From a virus (Duplodnaviria > Caudoviricetes), in IMG/VR virus record IMGVR_UViG_3300031992_000038, positions 1 to 64,000 of that record: a stretch of DNA of 64,000 nt; one strand, given 5' to 3'. The notes beneath the pieces were generated by a model, which saw only the letters and a program-made list of their open reading frames with translations, ran no database searches and was not told the origin of the DNA. Both the position numbers and the translations under genes were made by a program. Below are positions 47,896 to 56,887 of the stretch, in pieces (position 1 is the first letter of the stretch; each line of letters begins with the position of its first letter).

Positions 47896-48597
47896 GTCTA
47901 TCAAAGATAAGAAATACCTACTTGTGTAGGTTTTTATGGACACAATGTCCGACTCTGCGGTCTATCAAAGATAAGAAATACCTACTTGTGTAGGTGGAGT
48001 GGTGCAGACAGATGTCCGATAAAGTCTATCAAAGATAAGAAATACCTACTTGTGTAGGTTATATAAAACCATGAAAAAATGAAGTAGTCTATCAAAGATA
48101 AGAAATACCTACTTGTGTAGGTCTTGATTGAGACGATGTCCGACTCTGCGGTCTATCAAAGATAAGAAATACCTACTTGTGTAGGTTAATCAGTTGGGCG
48201 GAGAAATTAAGCGCGTCTATCAAAGATAAGAAATACCTACTTGTGTAGGTGACATCTCACTTCCATGCTCCTTCAAAGTCTATCAAAGATAAGAAATACC
48301 TACTTGTGTAGGTCGGTTGTCAAACTTGATTCCTGTCTTCGTCTATCAAAGATAAAAAATACCTACTTGTGTAGGTTAAGGAGGGCTTACAGGCTATTGG
48401 GATGGTCTATCAAAGATAAGAAATACCTACTTGTGTAGGTAGGTTATTAGTTATTTTCAGCGTTTTCGTCTATTAAACATAAGAAATATCTACTTGTGTA
48501 GGTATTGGGACTTGACAAACTTACAATTCTTCGTCTATTAAAAATAAGAAATACTTACTTGTGTAGGTACAATTGGACACCAAGTCTATTAAAGATA
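47896..48597 (+). CRISPR. CRISPR array: 11 full 36-bp repeats plus a truncated 12th; ten spacers of 27-29 bp and a final 15-bp spacer
   Basis: Repeat GTCTATCAAAGATAAGAAATACCTACTTGTGTAGGT starts at 47896, 47960, 48024, 48087, 48151, 48215, 48278, 48341, 48405, 48468 and 48533; partial at 48584; degenerates distal to cas12a. Confidence 0.98.
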
Positions 48598-48762
48598 TTA
48601 ATCTGAAATTCATACTTCCTCAAGAAGTAAAAAACTTCTAACTGATTATTTGATATGGAAAACAATAACGGTTGGTCGCTTAACCGGGACGCCTGAAAAG
48701 GCGACACATTGGTGTTAGATGGCAAAACTTGACACAATAATTGGTACAAAACATTAAATAAT

Positions 48763-49146
48763 ATGGACCACACTATTACAATGTACACATGGGAGGTCGT
48801 TCTTTTCCTGTTTCTATACCTCGCGCTTTTCTTCTATGTCATATGGTCAAAGTCAAAAAGACAGTTGAACCCGGACATGTTTGATCGTGAAGGTGAAGTC
48901 AAACCGGTTGTTTTCAAGATAGTGAAGGCGGAAATGTCCGCAACGACGAAGTGTGAGGACGGTCCGCCAGTCCACCGCATGCTATGTAAGTACACCGCGG
49001 TCAACAGTTTTTTCAGAAAGCCGGGACTCAAAGACTACGAGTGCGACTTCTACGTGTTCTACGACGTCGCTGGCAAGTACAATATCGGCGATACGCTCAA
49101 ATTGGACAGTGTGTCGAAGGAATGCGACAATGTTAAACAAAACTAA
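48763..49146 (+). CDS. Hypothetical membrane-anchored protein
   Basis: N-terminal TM segment VVLFLFLYLALFFYVIW. Confidence 0.7.
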   Translation: MDHTITMYTWEVVLFLFLYLALFFYVIWSKSKRQLNPDMFDREGEVKPVVFKIVKAEMSATTKCEDGPPVHRMLCKYTAVNSFFRKPGLKDYECDFYVFYDVAGKYNIGDTLKLDSVSKECDNVKQN

Positions 49147-49220
49147 AGACTTGCCGATGTAAGATTTTTTTCCTATCTTTGCTCTCGTTGTCCAAAAAAC
49201 GATAATAAGGAGAATAAGAC

Positions 49221-49463
49221 ATGGCACTAAAATTAAGAAAAGATTCTGATTTCTATACACGAGTGATGAACGTCATCCAAGCAATGGAAGAAAATAATGT
49301 TAGGATTGAATGTGTTGATGGCGAATTTCGTATTTCTGATACAACTGAAGGGGCATCAGAACGACTTCAAGACATGATTCTGCATGATGGTGAGAATGAA
49401 CCTGTTCGAGTATTACCTTCAGATTTTGACACTGAATACACATTAAAAGTTTTTGATTCTTAA
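49221..49463 (+). CDS. Hypothetical protein
   Basis: 80-aa ORF; TATCTTTG promoter at 49174. Confidence 0.7.
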   Translation: MALKLRKDSDFYTRVMNVIQAMEENNVRIECVDGEFRISDTTEGASERLQDMILHDGENEPVRVLPSDFDTEYTLKVFDS

Positions 49464-49486
49464 TTGGTTTAAAAGCGCAGACAAGA

Positions 49487-49520
49487 AAATCCGCCGATTG
49501 CGAAAAGCGTCGGCGGATTT
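49487..49520. terminator. Hairpin between convergent genes
   Basis: AAATCCGCCGA...TCGGCGGATTT, similar to the hairpin at 58291-58324. Confidence 0.7.
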
Positions 49521-49566
49521 GTGCATCTATAGGTCACGGCCTCAAATGACCGGGCGGTCTGACGTG

Positions 49567-50058
49567 TCAACGTTTGTACTTCGCCTTGGCGTCATATATG
49601 CAATTGTCCAGCTCGCTGTAGAACTGTCCGCTAAGGTACTGCAGTCGCTTCTCGTACTCGTACTCTTCGTAGTGGTCATAGAACTCTTCTTCCGGAACCT
49701 TGTCGTATATTTCGTTCTCGTTGCTCGCCGGCATCACCTCGTCAAGGTCGAAATCGAGAGTGAATGCGGTGCTTTTAAGGCCACATATGACGGTGTCGCG
49801 CAGGAACTCATCGCCGCCTGCGGCGTTGATCGCATTCAGCACCTTTTCCATCTGTTGCTGCTCGATTTGCAAGTAGCGGAGCGCTGACGGGTTGTGCAGT
49901 TTTTCGTCCGCCTGTGACACCAGTTCCGCGAACTCGTTGTATATATTCTCCAGCGGTGCCGTGTCGACACTTGACGATGACTCGTTCAGTGCACGCCTAA
50001 CGCTTTCCGAGACAATTCTTCTTATATAGTTTCTGGTGATGTTTGCTTTTCTTGCCAT
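49567..50058 (-). CDS. Hypothetical protein with leader
   Basis: ITRNYIRRIVSESVRRALNES; TATTTAT at 50081-50087. Confidence 0.75.
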   Translation of the reverse strand: MARKANITRNYIRRIVSESVRRALNESSSSVDTAPLENIYNEFAELVSQADEKLHNPSALRYLQIEQQQMEKVLNAINAAGGDEFLRDTVICGLKSTAFTLDFDLDEVMPASNENEIYDKVPEEEFYDHYEEYEYEKRLQYLSGQFYSELDNCIYDAKAKYKR

Positions 50059-50155
50059 ATCATTCTTTGTTTGTCTTGACATAAATAGCGGACTATCTGT
50101 GGATTTTCTTTATGTGTCATGTGCAGTTGCCAAACCTAATGCGATACACCGAAGG

Positions 50156-51250
50156 TCAAATGTTAAAAGCAGCGAACGCCCTCACGCGAACGTCGCCATA
50201 GACATTACTCTTATCGCTGTATGCCACGCTACCAAGGCTGTTGAGCTCCCACGCATGGATTGTATCGTTCTCTGTCGAAGACCAACACCAATATCCCAAA
50301 GAATCGCAGTCCTTCGTGTAGTCGCCGAACTGAACGGCCGAGGATCCGAGCGCATCGAGCGACTCGTTAATCTTCTTGGCCCTTGTGTACAGGTATCCGA
50401 GTTCTCCGATTGCGGGCAGGTACCAATCACCTTGAGAGGTACCGATTGTGCTGAACAGGTGGCACGCGAAAGCGGCTGGATAGTTCGCCGTATTGTTAGC
50501 GAACGCGCCGCTTGAATAGGTGTCCTTGATTGCGGACAGGTTGACGAGCACTTCGGTGTTCGCCTTGCCGTCCATGTCGGCGAGAGCTTGCCCTGCCGTG
50601 ATGTATGCCGGATTCTGAGAACCGTCCGAGGTGTATGGGGAAATGACAAGTTCGCTGTCCGATACGACGTGAGTATATTGCTTGCTAATTGTCCTCCACC
50701 AAGCAGTCTCGGTGTCGTCCGTGTTGTCTTGGGTGGTCATGTCATACGTGCCGTCACCTATGATTGTTATTTGGGTCATTCCCTTGTACAGGTCGCTCGG
50801 GAAGTAACCGTTCATGTTCGTTCCACCTGTGGTCTTGATTGTGGTGTAGTTCGTCAAACCATCGACATGTGTTCCTTTCACACCCCAAAACAGGTTCGTG
50901 CCGTTGGTCGCTGCGTTATCGTTGCCTGTACCGAGCGTGCCAGTCTGCGGTGTCTTGTACGACATGTTGCACAACGACATGCCCCTGCATTTTCCGTCAG
51001 GCATGTGTGATGCAGGAATCACGACCACCGCAACGGGTGTGCCGAGTGACGAGTTCCATTCATCCTTGCTTGTGGATTTCAGTGCCGTTCCATCATAGTA
51101 GATTATGTCACCGGCTTTGGGCTTTGGCTTGTTGTATGTCACCTCGTCTGTAGCGTCGATCAACGCAGTCCATGGCTCACCGTATTCCTGCCCATTATAG
51201 ACCGCGTCATGCTCCGCCTTTGTTCCAAATAAATGTAGATATTGTTCCAT
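50156..51250 (-). CDS. DUF1566/CLec-like protein, putative DGR target 2
   Basis: Close paralogue of 25343; WSSTE...RVRAFAAFNI. Confidence 0.8.
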   Translation of the reverse strand: MEQYLHLFGTKAEHDAVYNGQEYGEPWTALIDATDEVTYNKPKPKAGDIIYYDGTALKSTSKDEWNSSLGTPVAVVVIPASHMPDGKCRGMSLCNMSYKTPQTGTLGTGNDNAATNGTNLFWGVKGTHVDGLTNYTTIKTTGGTNMNGYFPSDLYKGMTQITIIGDGTYDMTTQDNTDDTETAWWRTISKQYTHVVSDSELVISPYTSDGSQNPAYITAGQALADMDGKANTEVLVNLSAIKDTYSSGAFANNTANYPAAFACHLFSTIGTSQGDWYLPAIGELGYLYTRAKKINESLDALGSSAVQFGDYTKDCDSLGYWCWSSTENDTIHAWELNSLGSVAYSDKSNVYGDVRVRAFAAFNI

Positions 51251-51410
51251 GTGTTAAAAACAGTGTTTTTTTTGCTATAAATATCTGAACATATTAGGAA
51301 TTTTGGTAATGCCGGACCAAAGTCATGACGACACAGTAGGGCGGGAAAAAACCGTTGCATAAACCTCAATGTTTCTGTGCACTATTTATCAACAAAAGGA
51401 TGAAATCATT

Positions 51411-51752
51411 ATGAGAAGAGTAGTCATAACAGAGTCGCAGTACGCCGCTTATTGTGGGTTGAGCGAGGCCGACGGCAAACTTAAGATTGACGTGGACAAA
51501 GCGGTCAAAGACATTCCGAACAGCGGAACAATGAACGCGTCACAGAAACTCAACACAGTGGCGACCAAACTCGGCAACCCGAGCGGTGTGGACTACGTCA
51601 CCGGTTCGGAGACCGGGACGCAAGACAGTTCGTCAACGTCCGGAACGGTGAACGACAGTGTGATACGCAAGTCAGACATCGACAAGGCGATGCGCGAGGC
51701 GCTGAAAAGAAACTCAAGACTTTACACGGTAAAAGACTTTCTCGCAAGATGA
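51411..51752 (+). CDS. Hypothetical protein with short leader
   Basis: MRRVVITESQY...LSE; TATTTAT at 51383. Confidence 0.7.
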   Translation: MRRVVITESQYAAYCGLSEADGKLKIDVDKAVKDIPNSGTMNASQKLNTVATKLGNPSGVDYVTGSETGTQDSSSTSGTVNDSVIRKSDIDKAMREALKRNSRLYTVKDFLAR

Positions 51753-52864
51753 ACAGAGGATTCACACAGACAATACCGACGGCGGTGTCTGAATCAATAC
51801 TTGACGCGATAAGGTCAGGCGACACGTCGCTGATGGACAACCCGGCAGTGCCGGTCATCGGCGGAGAGAGCATACTCGTCAGACTGGTCGCCGAAAAGGT
51901 CGGAAAGTTAGGCGATTGTTCCGACGTCGCCGGCATGCACAACAGACTGTCCGAACTGATCACGGAGTGCATGGGACGCGAACGGGACAACCGTCCGGCG
52001 CTCGAGTCGCTGTGCGCTGATGTCGTCCTCGACATGCTTCAGGTGCCTGACGACATGGTCACGCTTGACGTGAAACTGACCGAGAACATCGATGACTCCT
52101 CGCAGAGGCTTCTGCCCGAGTCGGACGACGAATATGAGTACGACAGCCTGTCCGACATGTCGGACATGGAGGACGAGATAGCGCGCCGCCGCATGATGAA
52201 CGCCATAGTGACAGGAGCGTCCGTCGCTCTTTCGTCAAACGTAAAATCGTACGTGCAGAACGTGTTCGACATAGACCCGTATCTTCCGTCACTGTACAAG
52301 GAGATAATGGAGCTGAACGAGAAACTGCTTTATCTTGACGGGGATGTCAGTGATGAAGGCGGAAGCACAAAAGGCGCCGTTGTGGACGTCAGTCTCGGTT
52401 CGCCGGACAAGACAGTCGTGGTCAAGGCGCGGGGCGTGATATTCCCGATGCTGCTGGCCGAGACCATCAAGGGCGTCCTCGAGATAGCGTCTTCCCACGG
52501 ACTTCCGGACGACATGCGCCGGGCGGAGCACATCATGAAGTGCGCCGACTACAGTTCGTCGGAGGTGTGGGACATGCGTCTCGGAACCATCATATGGGAC
52601 AGGATATACGGACAGACACCGGACGTGGATCCGAGTTATCTGATACTTGCCCTCGCCGAGATGGGCACCGCTGAATTCACCGGCGCCGTTAAAGAGATGA
52701 TAGCGTGCACGCGCGAGGGAAAGCGCATCGCCGATTCGATATGTGAAGACATCCGCTACGAGTTGGAGCAGGACGACTTTGACGCCCACATGCACGACAT
52801 GGCGGACAAGTACCGCATGGACGACAGCGAAGACCCTGACGACGACATGCTAAGAGGATGGTAA
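51749..52864 (+). CDS. Hypothetical protein upstream of terminase
   Basis: 371-aa acidic ORF in the packaging operon. Confidence 0.75.
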   Translation: MNRGFTQTIPTAVSESILDAIRSGDTSLMDNPAVPVIGGESILVRLVAEKVGKLGDCSDVAGMHNRLSELITECMGRERDNRPALESLCADVVLDMLQVPDDMVTLDVKLTENIDDSSQRLLPESDDEYEYDSLSDMSDMEDEIARRRMMNAIVTGASVALSSNVKSYVQNVFDIDPYLPSLYKEIMELNEKLLYLDGDVSDEGGSTKGAVVDVSLGSPDKTVVVKARGVIFPMLLAETIKGVLEIASSHGLPDDMRRAEHIMKCADYSSSEVWDMRLGTIIWDRIYGQTPDVDPSYLILALAEMGTAEFTGAVKEMIACTREGKRIADSICEDIRYELEQDDFDAHMHDMADKYRMDDSEDPDDDMLRGW

Positions 52865-52879
52865 CAAAATTCATTTAGG

Positions 52880-54745
52880 ATGAGCAAACAAGAAGAATAT
52901 CTGAAGTGTTACCAAGACAAGACACGGATATACTTTATAGAACACTACCTGTCCACATACAACGCTGACGACAGGAAGGAGACCCCGTTCATTCTATTCC
53001 CGAGGCAGAAGGAGTTCCTCCGCAGTCTCGCCACCAACCAGAACACGATAGCAATCAAGCACAGGCAGGCCGGAATCACGACAGTGTCAAGCGCCTGGAT
53101 AACCGGACAGTGCGTGTTCGCGAACAAGAAGTCGCCGGAGACAGTGCTGTGCATAGGGAACAGTCTTGACATATCACAGCAGCTGCTTGACAAAATGGGC
53201 ACGTTCATCGACCAAGTCCCGAGGTGGATGTGGGGCGGCGACTATTACTCGCCGGACCCGAACAGCCCGAAGAACTCCAAGTCCATATTCAAGACGAGGA
53301 ACCAGAAGATGATAGAACTCGTCAACGGATGCAAACTGTACGCACGCTCGTCAGGACCGCACGCCGCGCGAGGAATCTCGGCCGTGTCAATACTGATATT
53401 CGACGAGGCGGCGTTCATACAGGACGGTCCTGCGGTCTATGCCCAGGCCGTCGCAGCGCAGTCGTCAGTCGGCGAATCGTCTAGATGCATCATGGTGTCG
53501 ACACCAAACGGCAAGGACCAATTGTACTACAAGACATACGCCAATGCGATCAGCGGCGAGAACAACTACCATCCAGTCGAGTTCAAGTGGTTCCAGGACC
53601 CGAGGTACAACCGCAACCTCAAATGGTACAAGCTAGACAGTTCGACCGGCGAGATGAAGTGGGACATCGACCAAGTGGTGAACCGCCGCGGCGACATCGT
53701 CTATGATGAGGAAAGATGGCGCTCGCTTGAGCGGGACGGATGGACTCCGACTTCTCCGTGGTTTGAGGGGATGTGCAAGACACTCAACAATGACGAAATG
53801 CGCATAGCGCAGGAGCTGCTCGTGTCATTCCTCGGTTCTTCGGACAACGTTCTCCAACCTGAAGTGATTGACTTCCACCGCACGGCAAACGTCGTCGACA
53901 TCACAGACGACTGGCCGCTGCGAGATCCCCTTATAAAGGAGACGTGGATATGGAAAGACCCGGTTCCGTCGCACCGATACATCGTGGCGTGCGACGCGTC
54001 GACCGGTTCGTCCGAGGACCGCACGGCGATAGAAGTGATAGACATAGACGCCAAAGACGACCGCGGCGTTCCTTATTTCGACCAAGTGCTCGAATACTAC
54101 GGGAAAATGACGGGCGACGAGATAGGGGAGATGCTGTACAATTACGGGAGGGCGTACAATGACGCGCTGATCATCGTCGACTGCATCGGAGGGTACGGTG
54201 ACGCCGCGATACTCACGCTCATGAACCTCGGTTACACGAACCTGTACTACGACGAGCCGCAACTGAAGACATATGTGGCAATGAACCAATACTCTCCGTC
54301 CGCGCAGTCAGACACGCTCCCCGGTTTCAGGTCGAACAACCTGCGCATACAGATGCTGAGCAATTTCGTCACACTTCTCAAGACCAACGCGCTCAGAATA
54401 CGCAGCCGCCGCGTGATCACCGAACTCGAGACATGGGTGTGGAAGAACGGGCGTCCGGACCATATGGACGGCGCGCATGACGACAGCATAACGTGCCTGG
54501 CAATGGGCGGCTTCATCATACAGTTCTACCTCATGAAGAACGAGGAGAGCAAAAGACGCGACGCCGCAATCGTGAAGTCGTGGTGCGTCAACAACTCATA
54601 CGAGCGGCGCGAGACGCAGGCCAGCAACGGAACGGCGAACAATCACCCGATGCCGATATATTCGTCGCGCAGCATGGAGATGGACCGCCAGCGGAGGCTG
54701 CAGGCGATGCTCATGATAGGCGGATTCGGCAGGAAAAAGCGTTGA
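52880..54745 (+). CDS. Terminase large subunit (T4 gp17-like)
   Basis: KHRQAGITT, LIFDEAAF, VSTPNG, IAQELL, VACDAS, HDDSI. Confidence 0.93.
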   Translation: MSKQEEYLKCYQDKTRIYFIEHYLSTYNADDRKETPFILFPRQKEFLRSLATNQNTIAIKHRQAGITTVSSAWITGQCVFANKKSPETVLCIGNSLDISQQLLDKMGTFIDQVPRWMWGGDYYSPDPNSPKNSKSIFKTRNQKMIELVNGCKLYARSSGPHAARGISAVSILIFDEAAFIQDGPAVYAQAVAAQSSVGESSRCIMVSTPNGKDQLYYKTYANAISGENNYHPVEFKWFQDPRYNRNLKWYKLDSSTGEMKWDIDQVVNRRGDIVYDEERWRSLERDGWTPTSPWFEGMCKTLNNDEMRIAQELLVSFLGSSDNVLQPEVIDFHRTANVVDITDDWPLRDPLIKETWIWKDPVPSHRYIVACDASTGSSEDRTAIEVIDIDAKDDRGVPYFDQVLEYYGKMTGDEIGEMLYNYGRAYNDALIIVDCIGGYGDAAILTLMNLGYTNLYYDEPQLKTYVAMNQYSPSAQSDTLPGFRSNNLRIQMLSNFVTLLKTNALRIRSRRVITELETWVWKNGRPDHMDGAHDDSITCLAMGGFIIQFYLMKNEESKRRDAAIVKSWCVNNSYERRETQASNGTANNHPMPIYSSRSMEMDRQRRLQAMLMIGGFGRKKR

Positions 54746-54791
54746 CTAAGGCAGAACAATTCGGCATTTTTACTAAAACAGCGAGAACAAA

Positions 54792-56843
54792 ATGGCAAAA
54801 CCGACAATTTTTCAAAGACTGACCAACATATTCTCGGACTCCCCCAAGACATCGAAGACTGTCAACAGGTACGGCATCGACGCCAACGACATACTGTTCA
54901 GGACGACCGACAAGGACGAGTTCGACTCAAAGAAACTTGAGTACAGACAGCAGAACTTGCTGGCGAGACAGTGGAGGCGCGCCCAGTACGACGTGGCCAA
55001 CAGACAAGTGGCCGGGCTGAACGAGGTGAAACTCATGTACCGCGACGCCGACCTTATGGACACATTCCCCGAGATCGGGGCGGCGCTTGACATCGTGTCG
55101 GAAGAGGCGTGCACGATAAAGAACAGCGGATACATGGTGAACGTGACCTCGAAGTCCGACCGCGTGGCGTCCATACTGAGGGACCTGCTCGTCAACAGGC
55201 TGTCAATACACACGACACTTCCGATGGTGTGCCGCAGCATGTGCAAGTACGGCAACACATACATGCTCCTCAACACGGACATGGACAACGGCGTGATGGG
55301 ATGGAAACAGTTGCCGGTCTATGAGATGGAAAGGTACGAGAACGGCATGCTCAACGCATACGCATCACCCGGAATAAGCATGTCGGCGATAAACCCTGAC
55401 AAGTCAACGTCGACCAAGTTCGTGTGGGTCGGGAACAACGAGTTCATCGCCTACCAGAACTGGCAGGTCGCCCACTTCAGGCTTCTGTACGACTCGCTGT
55501 ACCTACCGTACGGCATGTCATATCTCGCAAAGGCGAGGAGGCATTTCCGCATGCTGTCAATGATGGAGGACATGATGCTCATATACCGCCTCGAGAGGTC
55601 GGTCGAGAGAAGGGTGTTCAAGATAAACGTCGGAACTATCGACGACGCGGACGTTCCGGCATACGTGCAGCAGATAGCGGACAACTTCAAGAGGACACCG
55701 GTGATCGACCCTATGACCGGTCAGATTGACCTGCGAAAGGGCGTCATGTCGCAGATGGACGACTATTTCATCCCTGTCAGGGACCCGAACGAGCCGAACC
55801 CGATCGAGACACTGGCGGCGGCGCAGAACATGAACGCGATGGACGACATCAAGTTCGTTCAGAACAAAGTCATGACAGCGCTCCGAGTGCCAAAGTCGTT
55901 CCTGAACTTCGAGGAGGAGAAGGGTGACGGAAAAAACCTGTCGATGCTTGACGTGAGGTTCACGAGGACAGTGAACAGAATACAGCAGGCGCTTCTCATG
56001 GAACTCAACAAGATATGCATCATACACCTGTACCTGCTCGGTTTCGTCGACGACCTCACGAACTTCACACTCACTATGAACAACCCGTCCTCACAGGCCG
56101 AGATGCTTGAATTCGAGAACCTCGCCAAGAAGATAACCACGGCAAAGGACGCCGTGTCGGACGCTGGAAACGGAATACCGGTCTACTCGCTCGCAAGGGC
56201 GTGGAGGGAAATTCTCGGATGGTCAGACAAGGAAATCGAGGAGAACCTCGACAACCTGCGCCTCGAGAAAGCGCTCGCGGCGGAACTCGAGAACACGAGC
56301 GACATCATCAAGAGGACAAGGATATTCGACAAGATAGACAACGTGTACGGCGAACCCGGCGCAGAATACGGACAGTCGTCCGGCGGACAGGGTGACGAAG
56401 GTCCCGGCGGCGGAGGCCCCGGCGGAGGAGGATTCGGCGGCGGCATGGGTTCGTTCGATTTCGCTGACGAAGAAGGCGACATGTCAGGCATGGGAGAAGA
56501 AGGCGACATGGGAATGGACATGGCGGCCGGCGAGGATATCGGCGGAGAAGGCGGCGAAGAGACGAATGGCGGGCCTGAGGCCGCTCCACCGCAAGAGTCG
56601 ATATCGCGCATGATGGACCGGGCGCTCAAACAGTCGCTCAACGAGCAGGAACGCATCAAGAACGAACTGATTGAGAAGAGCCGACGGTACACACAGATGC
56701 TCAAGGAACGAAAGAGCGGAACGCGCATGACCAACGAACCGTCGACAAGCGAACCAACATTGTCGGACAAGACATTCCTCGTCAACGAGGAACTGAACGC
56801 CGTGTCGCAGGAACTCAAGAAGATAATCAACCCCACCAAGTAG
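54792..56843 (+). CDS. Portal vertex protein (T4 gp20-like)
   Basis: MEDMMLIYRLERSVERRVFKINVG, DDYFIPVR, ALRVPKSFL; Gly/Glu-rich tail. Confidence 0.93.
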   Translation: MAKPTIFQRLTNIFSDSPKTSKTVNRYGIDANDILFRTTDKDEFDSKKLEYRQQNLLARQWRRAQYDVANRQVAGLNEVKLMYRDADLMDTFPEIGAALDIVSEEACTIKNSGYMVNVTSKSDRVASILRDLLVNRLSIHTTLPMVCRSMCKYGNTYMLLNTDMDNGVMGWKQLPVYEMERYENGMLNAYASPGISMSAINPDKSTSTKFVWVGNNEFIAYQNWQVAHFRLLYDSLYLPYGMSYLAKARRHFRMLSMMEDMMLIYRLERSVERRVFKINVGTIDDADVPAYVQQIADNFKRTPVIDPMTGQIDLRKGVMSQMDDYFIPVRDPNEPNPIETLAAAQNMNAMDDIKFVQNKVMTALRVPKSFLNFEEEKGDGKNLSMLDVRFTRTVNRIQQALLMELNKICIIHLYLLGFVDDLTNFTLTMNNPSSQAEMLEFENLAKKITTAKDAVSDAGNGIPVYSLARAWREILGWSDKEIEENLDNLRLEKALAAELENTSDIIKRTRIFDKIDNVYGEPGAEYGQSSGGQGDEGPGGGGPGGGGFGGGMGSFDFADEEGDMSGMGEEGDMGMDMAAGEDIGGEGGEETNGGPEAAPPQESISRMMDRALKQSLNEQERIKNELIEKSRRYTQMLKERKSGTRMTNEPSTSEPTLSDKTFLVNEELNAVSQELKKIINPTK

Positions 56844-56887
56844 ACACAGCAAAATATTTATTGATTGCAAACAAAAAACGAACATCA

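Noticed and set aside
48377-48404. Spacer 8 shares 12-mers with the IS cassette (TTACAGGCTATT at 10831; GCTATTGGGATG at 21275)
   Set aside because: About one 12-nt match is expected by chance for 11 spacers against 128 kb of both strands; there is no full protospacer.
47932-48583. Self-targeting by other spacers (11-12 nt matches near 16093 and 28633)
   Set aside because: Matches are short and at chance level; no full protospacer was found by eye in the window.
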